A stretch of DNA of 64,000 bases, taken from an uncultured Alphaproteobacteria bacterium (GTDB lineage Bacteria; Pseudomonadota; Alphaproteobacteria; Rhizobiales; Rhizobiaceae). Below, one piece after another: positions 31,747 through 41,057 of this stretch; the stretch's first letter is position 1; each line of letters starts with the position of its first letter. Location: contig CAVSAU010000014.1 of NCBI GenBank assembly GCA_963726065.1, positions 2,517 to 66,516 on the forward strand, given 5' to 3'. The notes under the pieces are model-generated. The model had not been told where the DNA came from and searched no databases. It saw nothing but the letters and a program-made list of their open reading frames with translations. The translations under genes and the position numbers were made by a program.

Positions 31747-32259
31747 ATGATGTTTCATTACATCAAGCCCGCCATCGTGGCCGGTTCCATGTTATTCTCC
31801 GCTTCGACCGCCCAGGAAACCGAAGCGGCTTTTCTTCAATCCCTCGACGGAAACTGGAGCGGCACGGGTACCGTGAAGGTGCGTATCAATTCGTCGCCGA
31901 TCAACGTCACCTGCAAGTTCAATTCACACGCCACCGAAACGTCGCTCTCGCTGGACGGCAGTTGCCGTGGGCTAGTGATTGTTTCGCGTGCGATCCGCGC
32001 CGACCTGAAGACGGACGGCAAGAATTATTCGGGTTCCTATGTCGGTGCCGGCACCGGCACAGCGGGTCTCAGCGGCAGCCGTTCGGGTAACGCCATCTAT
32101 CTCGGCATTCGCTGGGCCAAGGAGGTTAATGGCGACCGCAAGGCTCAGATGACTGTGGAGAAGGTCGGTGACAACGGCATGAAGCTGACCACAGTCGACG
32201 TCGATCCGGAGAGCGGCAAACGCGTGCTTACCAGCGCAATCACCCTCGCTCGTAACTAA
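31747..32259 (+). CDS. secreted beta-rich hypothetical protein
   Basis: GAGGAG RBS, signal peptide, FLQSLDGNWSGTG.V, two Cys. Confidence 0.75.
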   Translation: MMFHYIKPAIVAGSMLFSASTAQETEAAFLQSLDGNWSGTGTVKVRINSSPINVTCKFNSHATETSLSLDGSCRGLVIVSRAIRADLKTDGKNYSGSYVGAGTGTAGLSGSRSGNAIYLGIRWAKEVNGDRKAQMTVEKVGDNGMKLTTVDVDPESGKRVLTSAITLARN

Positions 32260-32368
32260 TCTGCATTTCTCGGGATGTCCGCAGCGGCAGGAGTGCTCGG
32301 CCGACTCCGCCGACCGGACCAGCCGGCGGAGGAACCTGCGGTCACCCTGACGCGGGCACTACCCGAAT

Positions 32369-32990
32369 TCATCGACAGTGGCGGCTCGACGAGACCGCAC
32401 ATAAAATGGTCCGTTGCTCGCCGAATCTATCCGGGCATAGTGCCTGGCAACCATTTTTGCGTGGTTCCAAAGCGGTTGCATCTTTCGGAACATGTTGGGT
32501 TATCTCTACCTCCGGTTCGTCCTGTCTCTCTTTCGCGGCTGCGTGGATTGCATCGAGACGCAGTTGAAAAAGGCGCGCCAATTCAGCCGATTGGATGCCA
32601 TGCATGCAAGAATTCTCATTGGCGCAGCCGGATCCCCCAGGAAGGAAGACTATTCCTACAAGCGCCGTGCCGGCCGCACCCGATACCGGTCCACACGGCG
32701 TAGCCGGTACCCACCGGCAAGGACGCACTGCGATTGAAAGCAGATGGTCGTCCAGAACACGCCCGACAGATAGCCAGCGGACGAAACGATCGCGACTGCC
32801 AGTCCCCGTCGCCGCCGGAACCAGTGCGAGATGTCGGCCGTCAGCGGCGCGAAGCCGACTGCCGTTCCAAGGCCCACAAAGAGCTGCGACAGCAGGAAGA
32901 GCCAGAAATTGGCAACGCTACCCGCCGCATAGGCAAGACTACTGACGAGCGAGGCGGCCAGCAGCACTCGGGTCACGCCGTAACGGTCGC
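32369..32990 (-). pseudogene. MFS transporter fragments
   Basis: FAPLTADISHWFRRRRGLAVAIVSSAGYL motif; broken frames, no full-length gene. Confidence 0.65.
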
Positions 32991-33075
32991 TTCAACGTCC
33001 AAGCGCCGGGCTGCCAATCAGGCGCCTCGCATAGTCTGTCTCGGCTGGGGAGGAATATATTGAGCCGGCGATGTG

Positions 33076-33231
33076 ATGCAGGAGCAGTCGATTGTTTCGA
33101 TCCCAAGCTGTACGTCATCGGCTGAAGCCAGAGTTGGTCGACCGCTGACGCCTGTCAGTGTCGCCGGGGTTGCTCGCCGCACGACGCGACGTTGTGCTGC
33201 CAGTGCTATATTTGCTTGTCCAGGCTACTAA
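33076..33231 (+). CDS. second copy of the cationic peptide (N-terminal signal apparently degraded)
   Basis: Manual translation: MQEQSIVSIPSCTSSAEARVGRPLTPVSVAGVARRTTRRCAASAIFACPGY*. Confidence 0.6.
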   Translation: MQEQSIVSIPSCTSSAEARVGRPLTPVSVAGVARRTTRRCAASAIFACPGY

Positions 33232-33504
33232 GTCTTGTCGTTTGGTGTGTTGGTTTGCGGCTCACAAATGGCCGCAATCAATTTAGGCCGGAAACTTGAG
33301 CAATTGGCCCGAAATCGCAGGCTCGAAGTTTGAAGCCGCCACCACGCCTGCAGCGGCCGTCACATTGAGCGGGGCTCCGTTTAAGAGGGCGTCGCCGGCA
33401 GTGGCCAATGAGGTGTACAATAACCGCGCGTAGAGCGCGGCCCTCGGGCGCCGCTGAAAGTCAACTTACAGGTTCCACCCGGCTGTCAGGGAGAACGTAA
33501 GGCC

Positions 33505-34260
33505 ATGCCCATGAAGAGCGATCCTCTCCCGCAACAGGCTCGCGACCTGCGCGTAGTTGTTCGAAGGGAAGGGGCAGAAACGGATTCGACATTGCCGCGG
33601 CGCATCGGCGCCCGGATTCTGCGCGAGCTACGCGGGGCGCTGGCGCCAACAATATTTTTCTTCGTCGGTTTCAACTTCATCATTTTGACGACGAACCTCC
33701 TGGTCGCCGACTATGCCGTCGCCGTTAGTAATTTCATGCTCGCAACCGTGGCGGCGCTTGTCGTCGGCAAGGCCGTGATCACGGCGAACACGATGCCTTT
33801 CGTCAAGTTATTCGACAGGGCTCCGCTCATCCAACCAATCCTGTTTAAGACGGCGATCTATTGGATTGCGACATTCATTGCGCGCCTGGCCGAGCGCTTC
33901 GTGCATTTCTCTGTCATTGAAGGGAACCGGCCGGTCGATTTCTCGGCCTATCTGATCTCCGACTTCTCGTGGCAGCGCTTCACCGCTATTTCTCTGTGGA
34001 TACTCATGTTGTTTCTGATCTATGTGACGGCGTCGGAACTAAGCCAGCTCTTGGGTCCGGCGGAAATGCGGCGGCTGCTGTTTACCCATAGGCCATCCGA
34101 GTTGCAATTGAACAGGCGCCAGCGTGCTCGCGAGCTAATGCGCTTGAACCGACTCGCGGATGAACATGAGGTAGACGAGTTTCGCAATCCTGGTAGCGCT
34201 GCGCACCATCAACTCGTTGAAATCGTTGAGCGTCTTGCGCGGGGGCCGAGGGAGCATTGA
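33505..34260 (+). CDS. conserved hypothetical membrane protein
   Basis: Four TM segments; PTIFFFVGF, ALVVGKAV, PLI.PILFKT motifs. Confidence 0.75.
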   Translation: MPMKSDPLPQQARDLRVVVRREGAETDSTLPRRIGARILRELRGALAPTIFFFVGFNFIILTTNLLVADYAVAVSNFMLATVAALVVGKAVITANTMPFVKLFDRAPLIQPILFKTAIYWIATFIARLAERFVHFSVIEGNRPVDFSAYLISDFSWQRFTAISLWILMLFLIYVTASELSQLLGPAEMRRLLFTHRPSELQLNRRQRARELMRLNRLADEHEVDEFRNPGSAAHHQLVEIVERLARGPREH

Positions 34261-35003
34261 GCGGGTCATTGTCCGCCTATAAGTCGACCAAAGCGCTCTG
34301 CGGTCCGTCCATCGCATGTGGCGGAAGGTTCGGTCCACTTCTCTGAAGGCAAGCACGCCGAGGATGTACGCTAGCAGGGAACCGCCAAACCGACCTTGAC
34401 GCGATCCATGACCATTGACTTGAGACCCTCGTCGCCTCCGTTTTGAGGGAGGGTCCTGAGTCTTGTGCGGTACTCCTACGTGTTAGGTTGTTGCCGTGGA
34501 TGACGGCAGGCTGATCCAGACCTATCCACCCCATCTCGACAGGTCGGGCAGCCCATCCCCGTCTAGCCTCAATATCTCAAAGTAAAGGGTGCATCCGCCC
34601 CAAGAATCTGAGAAACTGCTTTTGCAACAAAGAGTTATCAGATTCATGGACGGGGTCCGATGCAAACACGCCGCGGCCCGGTGACGCCGCAGGACCTGAA
34701 CCTTACCGTCAACAACAGAGGATACATTGCAAAGCACCCGATCGTCGCACCTCGCGGCACCGACTGCGCTCGTCTTTGCGGTCGGGGCGCGATGCCAGCG
34801 CCTGGCCGTGCCAAAACGTTGCTTAACGCAAGATGCGGTGAGAGAAGCGGGCTAGCCTGGGCCCTGCAGAGCTGCCGTAGCTCCCCACGGCGGCCCTCTG
34901 TGGCGCTGCGGGCCTTTCCAGAGCATATCCCACCGCACAGAATCCCGCTAAGGCGCGACCGCCGTCCGCACCCAAAGCCGCGCGGCGGCAACAAAGCCTT
35001 AGA

Positions 35004-36098
35004 TTAAGGCTGGCCTTTCTTGGGCGGTCCCGACAGATCCTCTTCCACAAAGCGCAGAAGCGTCTCCACCAGGGCCTCGCGCGGGTAAGCGTTCCGCGTC
35101 ACAAACGCCGAGCCTATGATGGGGTGTGTCCTTGCGATCGGCACCGCCAGCGCCCAATGGTCGGCGTTGATGTAGCCCACGAGGGTGCTTGCGGGGATGA
35201 CTTGGTCATAGAAGATCACCTGACTGTCATTACGCGGATCGATTCGTGCAAGCTTATTGTAGCTGTTTATCAGGATCGAGGAGATGTGGTCTGGCCGAGG
35301 GAAGGTGACAAGCGAGTAGTAAGGCAGCTCCCGAGGCAGCGGGTTCGTAGCGAGCCACGCCCGGCGTGTTGCGGGCCGTAGGCTGTTCACGCCACCCGCG
35401 TCGCCTGGACCGCAAGTCGCGCCTGGAAAGTGCTGCAGCAAATCGGCCTGGTATTGCTCTGCTTCGTTGGCAAGCGCCGACCCTCCGATCGCGCCGGCGG
35501 CGCTGACAACTGCCGCGACCCGACTTCGGATTTCCGAATACGCGACCACCGCCTCTAGGATGTCGGGAGCACCCTTCGAATATCCTACCAGCACAAGACG
35601 CGGCGCGATCGTCTCAGCCGACATGGCCATGATCGCATCACGAATCTGGCGTGCGTTGTGTGCCGAGCTCGACAATGCGTCGACTTTCAGCAACGCCATG
35701 TCGTATCCAAATTGTTGCAGGTGTTTCGCTACAGTGCCGGGTGGCTGCAGCCAGTTCGCGAAGCATTCGTATCCGATGCCGGCCACCACCAAGGCGATCA
35801 AGCGTCGTTTCGAAGGACCGAGGTTGACCGGCATACCGGTGCCGGCGGGCTCGTTCCCGATGCGGGTCAGGGCGTCCTCGCAAGGTCGGTAGTCGGGAAG
35901 GTCGCGTTCGCGGGTTTGCAGCACGGCGCAGTAGATCTCGCGAAAGCGCCCCCGCTTGTCCTGCACACCCGCCTGGGGCGCCGGAACGAGAGCAAGCGGC
36001 GGCGTGTCGAGCGAATAGGGCACAAGCGGCTTTGTAGCACATGCCCCCAGTGCGAAGGCCACAATGATCAGAACCAGAAAATTGCGTCGTCGATTCAT
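35004..36098 (-). CDS. alpha/beta-hydrolase lipoprotein (putative lipase)
   Basis: Lipobox LGAC; LVGYSKG nucleophile elbow; RNDSQV and ADHWA as candidate Asp/His. Confidence 0.8.
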   Translation of the reverse strand: MNRRRNFLVLIIVAFALGACATKPLVPYSLDTPPLALVPAPQAGVQDKRGRFREIYCAVLQTRERDLPDYRPCEDALTRIGNEPAGTGMPVNLGPSKRRLIALVVAGIGYECFANWLQPPGTVAKHLQQFGYDMALLKVDALSSSAHNARQIRDAIMAMSAETIAPRLVLVGYSKGAPDILEAVVAYSEIRSRVAAVVSAAGAIGGSALANEAEQYQADLLQHFPGATCGPGDAGGVNSLRPATRRAWLATNPLPRELPYYSLVTFPRPDHISSILINSYNKLARIDPRNDSQVIFYDQVIPASTLVGYINADHWALAVPIARTHPIIGSAFVTRNAYPREALVETLLRFVEEDLSGPPKKGQP

Positions 36099-37373
36099 TG
36101 GTGGCTCTCGTCGCGTGCAGTGGTGTGGGGCACCTCTAGATACGGCGCCCAATCGAGAAACTCCACGTCCGACAGGCTCAGCGGTCGGGTGGCAAGGAAC
36201 AGGCTCGCGCGCAAGCCATCCGTATGGTATCGCGCGCCACCGAAAGTCGTTCGAGGGTGTGTCGGTGATGCCGCGCCGACACCAGTGGTGAATCCGAGCT
36301 TATCCAGGCCACCCGAATACATCATGTCCTGAACCACGAGATTTCTGGCCTCGTCCACGTCCTCATGCAAGACGACGTCCTTCGCACCGCGAGGCACGAA
36401 ACGCCCGCCCACTGGCCGTCCGACCTGCACGAGGAAGAGGGGTTGGCCTGCGAAGCGAATTGGGGCGAGCCACAGGCGCATCCAGGTCGAGGGTGCACCC
36501 GCTTGCGCCTGCTTTCGCAACACGACGTCGGGACCGCGACCGAAGACATGCTGGCGGGCGTCCACGGGATGAGCGTCGCGGCGGTAGCTGCGGCGCACGA
36601 GCGCCGCTGCGATGTCAGGCAACTCACCCACGAATATAGTGTTGAGAGGATCACCGCCGGCGGTGCCGCCCGCATCGCTTGCGCAGCAGGGCAATCGCTC
36701 CAGTGCCGCCCGCAGCGCGGCGAGGTCCTTGTAGTGAATGATGCGGGCCTCCGGGTAGCTGAAGGAAATCGTTCCAGAAAGCGGATCTGCTGCGTCGTCC
36801 GGGACGGGCAGGAAAAGCGTGAAGGGTATCAATCCCTTACGCTGGAGTAGATCTATATTGAGCAGTCTCGTAAGGCGCTCCGGGTTAATGAAAATCACGC
36901 CCTTCCGAGTTTCACCCGGAAGGATGGGACTTCTTGAATGCGAGGCTGTCGAAGCGGTCGTCGATGCGTGCGTTCGCAGCCCGCGTGAACGGCATGTGGA
37001 CGGACCACGCAACCTCGAGCGGCGAGAAGTAGTCGGGGTCCGATCCGGGCCTCAGCAACCATAAGGGCTCGGGTGTTTGGTTCTGGAGTTCGATCCATAC
37101 CGTCTGCACGCCGGTATTGTTGATGTCGGCGCCGAACATGCGCCGGCTGTCCTCGGCGCTCAGCACAGCCGCCTTCACGCTCACGCCTTGCTTGGAGGCA
37201 GTCACCGCGCCGGCGCGCAACTCACCATCGTTGAAAGTGCTGGGGGCCTGTGATGTCTCGCAACCGGCGACACCGAGCAAGAAGTTCGCCGCAAACAGAG
37301 CATTGCCGAGCAGACGAAGCGACCCACGCAGGACCGAGCGGCTCGCTTTTAGCCTTGAGGAAAACGGGCTCAT
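36095..37373 (-). CDS. LssY C-terminal domain lipoprotein, frameshift near 36930
   Basis: Lipobox VAGC; paralog of 37370-38665 (LPCC, GDPLN, RLWL.P, DVDEAR, YHTDGLR); overlaps both neighbours. Confidence 0.75.
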
Positions 37374-38665
37374 CGATCCGGGCCAGGTCGCTTCACGGTC
37401 TGTCTTGCGTTGCTGCGCACGACCTCCCATGGGTAGAATTCGACGGCGTCCAACGAGGTCGGCTGGCGGTCGAACACGAGGACAACGCGAAGGCCGTCGG
37501 TGTAGTAGGGGTCGGTCGTCAGGTTGCCGCGAGGGGTACTTTTGGGGGCGGTGCCGACTCCCTTCACGTACCCGATCTTTACAAGGTTCTGCGAGTAGGC
37601 CATGTCCTGTGCCAACGCGCTCCGGGCCTCGTCGACGTCGGGATCGATCTTGTGGGTCGTGAGCGTGGGCGAGTGAATGGTCAGGCGACTGCCGATATCA
37701 CGGCTAATCTGCCCCACCCATACCTGTTTGCCATGATGGCGCATCGGGCTTAGCCAAAGCCTCAGGTGGTTGCGCTGGTGGATGTTGTCGCGCGCCTTTT
37801 GCAATGCAAAGTCTTGGACGCGGCCAAACATGTAAAGGTCGCTCACCGGTGCGTAGGCGTAGCGCTCGCGCGCGAGGGCAGATGTCACCATCCTGGTGAT
37901 AGACCCGGACCACTTCTGCTCGGTTGGGCGCCAGCCGCGACGCGCGAACGCAGGGAAGGCGTCGTCGAGGCCACCCACCACCACCAGATTGAGCGGATCG
38001 CCGTTCTTTGAGCTATCCTTGTTGGTCACGCAACACGGCAGCGCCTCGAGCGCCCTGCGAAAGGCGGCGTCATCGGTGTAGTTCAGGATCTCCTCGGGAG
38101 GGTAGATTTCCCGCCTGAAAACTTCGCTCACACGGTAGTCGGAACGAAAGCCGGGCACGATGGAGAGGATCGAAAAGGTTCTTACCCGCCCGCCCGAGAC
38201 CAGGTCGATCTGCACGAGTTTGAAACCCTCGTCGAGGTTCGTCAGCACAAACCCCGAAGCTGTTGCGCCAGGAAGGACAGGGTTGGGGAAGGCTAGCTTG
38301 CGAAAGTGTTGGTCGAACGCCACTTTTTGGTCTGGTGCCTCGCCCGATGCAACCGTTTCGGACACTTCGGAAGCTGGAAAGAAATTCGGATCAAGTCCCG
38401 GCGACAACAGATAGTACGCGCGGTCTTCGCGGTTCTCCACTTCGATCCAGACGGGCTGGATTGATCGCTTTGCAAGCGGCACGCCATATACGGAGGCGCT
38501 CTCGTCGGCCGACAGGACTGCGGTCGATACCCGCACGCCCCCCTCCGTGCGCGTCGCGGCCCGGTTCTTGTAGTCGAGGCTCGTTGCCGGCGGCGTCGAG
38601 GTGCAGTTGACAAGTGCAAGGGCGGCGACAAGAGCTCCCAGGACTTGACTGACGATGTGGCTCAT
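37370..38665 (-). CDS. LssY C-terminal domain lipoprotein
   Basis: Lipobox LVNC; GDPLNLV, FGRVQDFALQK, QRNHLRLW, THKIDPDVDEAR, YYTDG motifs. Confidence 0.82.
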   Translation of the reverse strand: MSHIVSQVLGALVAALALVNCTSTPPATSLDYKNRAATRTEGGVRVSTAVLSADESASVYGVPLAKRSIQPVWIEVENREDRAYYLLSPGLDPNFFPASEVSETVASGEAPDQKVAFDQHFRKLAFPNPVLPGATASGFVLTNLDEGFKLVQIDLVSGGRVRTFSILSIVPGFRSDYRVSEVFRREIYPPEEILNYTDDAAFRRALEALPCCVTNKDSSKNGDPLNLVVVGGLDDAFPAFARRGWRPTEQKWSGSITRMVTSALARERYAYAPVSDLYMFGRVQDFALQKARDNIHQRNHLRLWLSPMRHHGKQVWVGQISRDIGSRLTIHSPTLTTHKIDPDVDEARSALAQDMAYSQNLVKIGYVKGVGTAPKSTPRGNLTTDPYYTDGLRVVLVFDRQPTSLDAVEFYPWEVVRSNARQTVKRPGPDR

Positions 38666-39017
38666 CTCGGTGCACGTTGTGTACGCAGTCGAACGAGCAG
38701 TGTGCGCGCGAGTGCGCGCATAGGCACCTTCTCTTTCTCCGCAAGTTACAATTGGCAGCCTGCGCGTCGAGTGCCCCCGTGCCAGAGGCTATCTTGTCGT
38801 GAACCGGCCAAAACAAAAAGCGCAGATCTTCCGCCGTGATAGCGGCCGCGCAGAAATGTAGTGGACTGTGGCGGCAGAGAGACAGTGTGACGTTCGCGCT
38901 GGGAGGCTCTCACCGAGCTCATCCTGAGCCCGAAGTTGTCGTCCACGCGCAAGCACGATCCTTCGGGCAGCAGTGTCGACCGGCCGCCTGTGCCGGCTCA
39001 ACGGTTATGTTTGCCTT

Positions 39018-40030
39018 TTACCACCGGACCTTCGACCCGACTTTGGCCTCCCATGAATCGGCGTTGCCGTTGAAACCCGTCTCGTAGTTGACGTTTCCAT
39101 AGAGGCTCGTGGCGTCGGCATGAGAATGCCGCGCCGATGTCGAGCTTGCCCCATATATCGCCCAAGGCGGCGGTGAAGGGGATAAAGCCGGTGGGCGACG
39201 AGAACTCAGTCGTCGGGTCGCCGAGAAACTCGTGCCAGAGATCCGCCGTCCCCACAACGTAACCTTGCGCTTCGGATCACCCTCGACATCCCAATCGCGC
39301 GCAACGCGCGCGCCGGTCCGGCCGGCCAGCGAGTCTGTGGTGGAATAGCGTACATCGGCCGCTCCGTCGTTGAAGTGGTCGATGCGAAGGTCTGATAAAC
39401 GAGTTGCGCCTGCGGCTCGATCAACCAGCCGTTGTCCAGGTCGAACGGATAGCCACTCAAGCGAGGTAACGAAACCGAAGCCGCTGGTCTCGGCGTTGCG
39501 CAGGCCACGCCTGGCCGTCATGTCCATGTCGTACCAGGTTCCCCTGCACGACGCCGTCATGATACCAGTTGTTCTCGCCGAGGCGGGTCCAGTAGCCACC
39601 GATGGTGACGGCTTCGAAATTGTCCTTCCTGCCTTGAAGGTGCTCCCGAGAAGATTGTGCTCCACATCGGCACTGCCCCGGCCTACAGCCACATAGAGGC
39701 CGGCATTGTCGCGCTGGCCGTCGCGTACTCGTTCCGGTAAAGGGCGAGGCGGGTTTGGATCGCGCCAATGCATAATCGAACGAACGCAGGGCTGTCGCGA
39801 CCATAGATTGCCGATCGGGTCACCGTCGCGGTGACCCCGGAAGCGATGATCCTGCCCCACATTCCTTCGGGCATATCATTTTTGCCTGGAGCTAGCAGTC
39901 GGGCGTCGCCACCCAACCTTTCATCAAAGTCTCGATGATCCGGCGGCCATCGATCGCGGCCATCACCGGCATCGCCGCATAGAGCGAAACCTCCTGGCGG
40001 AAGCGCGGCCGCGACTCGGGCTGCAGGCTG
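39018..40030 (-). pseudogene. autotransporter beta-domain remnant, multiple frameshifts
   Basis: RFRQEVSLYAAMP linker, WGRII, GYPFDLDNGWLIEPQAQLVYQ, terminal KVGSKVRW. Confidence 0.75.
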
Positions 40031-40218
40031 ATGGCTGTTCGGCGTGCTCGTGCGCGCCGGAAGACCACTGGTCTACGCTTGAGTGGAGACTGCAGCAGCT
40101 ATGGAGGCCAAATGGGATTGTTCTGCCTCTGTTGCAGCTGTGTAACAGCTTTTATAAGCCGATGATGATACATTTCGTCGTTAAGGGCTGGGGTGTCATA
40201 TCAGGATTGGATCATCAT

Positions 40219-40890
40219 ATGAGAATCCACGCCCTTTCCCTCATCGCTGGACTGGCCAGCACCAGCGCTTACGCAGCAGACGTGGCGATGGAGGAACCGC
40301 CGGCACCTGTGGCGGTGGTTCAGGAAGTGCCGATATTTAGCTGGACCGGCGGCTACGTTGGTCTTCAGGGCGGCGGCCTCTGGTCCGACAGCAACATCGA
40401 TCAATTCGATGAATCCGACAGCGGTGTGTTTTCGGATACCTTCAATGGCGGCCTCTTCGGCGGCTATGCCGGCTACAATTGGCAGTCTGGTGCGTGGGTG
40501 TTTGGTGTCGAAGGTGACTTCAACGGCGTCTGGAACGACGAGACCTTCAATATCCTTGGTCTGGATGTCGATGTCGGTACCGACTATCTGGCTTCGTTGC
40601 GGGGCCGTGTTGGTTATGCGTTCGATCGCGCCCTGATTTTTGCAACCGGCGGCGTAGCCTTTACCCAGTTTTCCGCCGAGGCAGACCTCGGTGGCGGGGT
40701 CAGCCTGAACGCGGATCAAAGTTTTACTGGCTGGACCGTCGGCGCGGGCGCCGAATACGCTTTTACCAACAACTGGATTGGCCGCCTCGAGTACCGGTAT
40801 TATGACTTCAGCGACGACGCGCTCGACGACTTCGGCGACGTCGATCTCGAGACCAACACACTAACAGTCGGTGTCGCATACAAGTTTTGA
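40219..40890 (+). CDS. Omp25/Omp31-family outer membrane protein
   Basis: Signal AYA|AD; FSWTGGYVG, GYNWQ, RGRVGYAFDR, GAGAEYAFT, terminal AYKF. Confidence 0.9.
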   Translation: MRIHALSLIAGLASTSAYAADVAMEEPPAPVAVVQEVPIFSWTGGYVGLQGGGLWSDSNIDQFDESDSGVFSDTFNGGLFGGYAGYNWQSGAWVFGVEGDFNGVWNDETFNILGLDVDVGTDYLASLRGRVGYAFDRALIFATGGVAFTQFSAEADLGGGVSLNADQSFTGWTVGAGAEYAFTNNWIGRLEYRYYDFSDDALDDFGDVDLETNTLTVGVAYKF

Positions 40891-40906
40891 TTGTCACAGC
40901 GACGAA

Positions 40907-40939
40907 GCAAATGGCCCAGACATTGTCTGGGCCATTTGC
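40907..40939 (+). terminator. hairpin downstream of the omp gene
   Basis: GCAAATGGCCCAGAC-ATT-GTCTGGGCCATTTGC, 15-bp stem. Confidence 0.65.
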
Positions 40940-41057
40940 GTCGAGTTGCGTGCATGACGGATCGCACATTCTCAAACCCCGTGAGCACGATGTCGGTGGA
41001 AAGCTCATTGCCCAACCAACTCGACAAAGACCGGTTGCTACTCTTAGTCTTAGTCTA

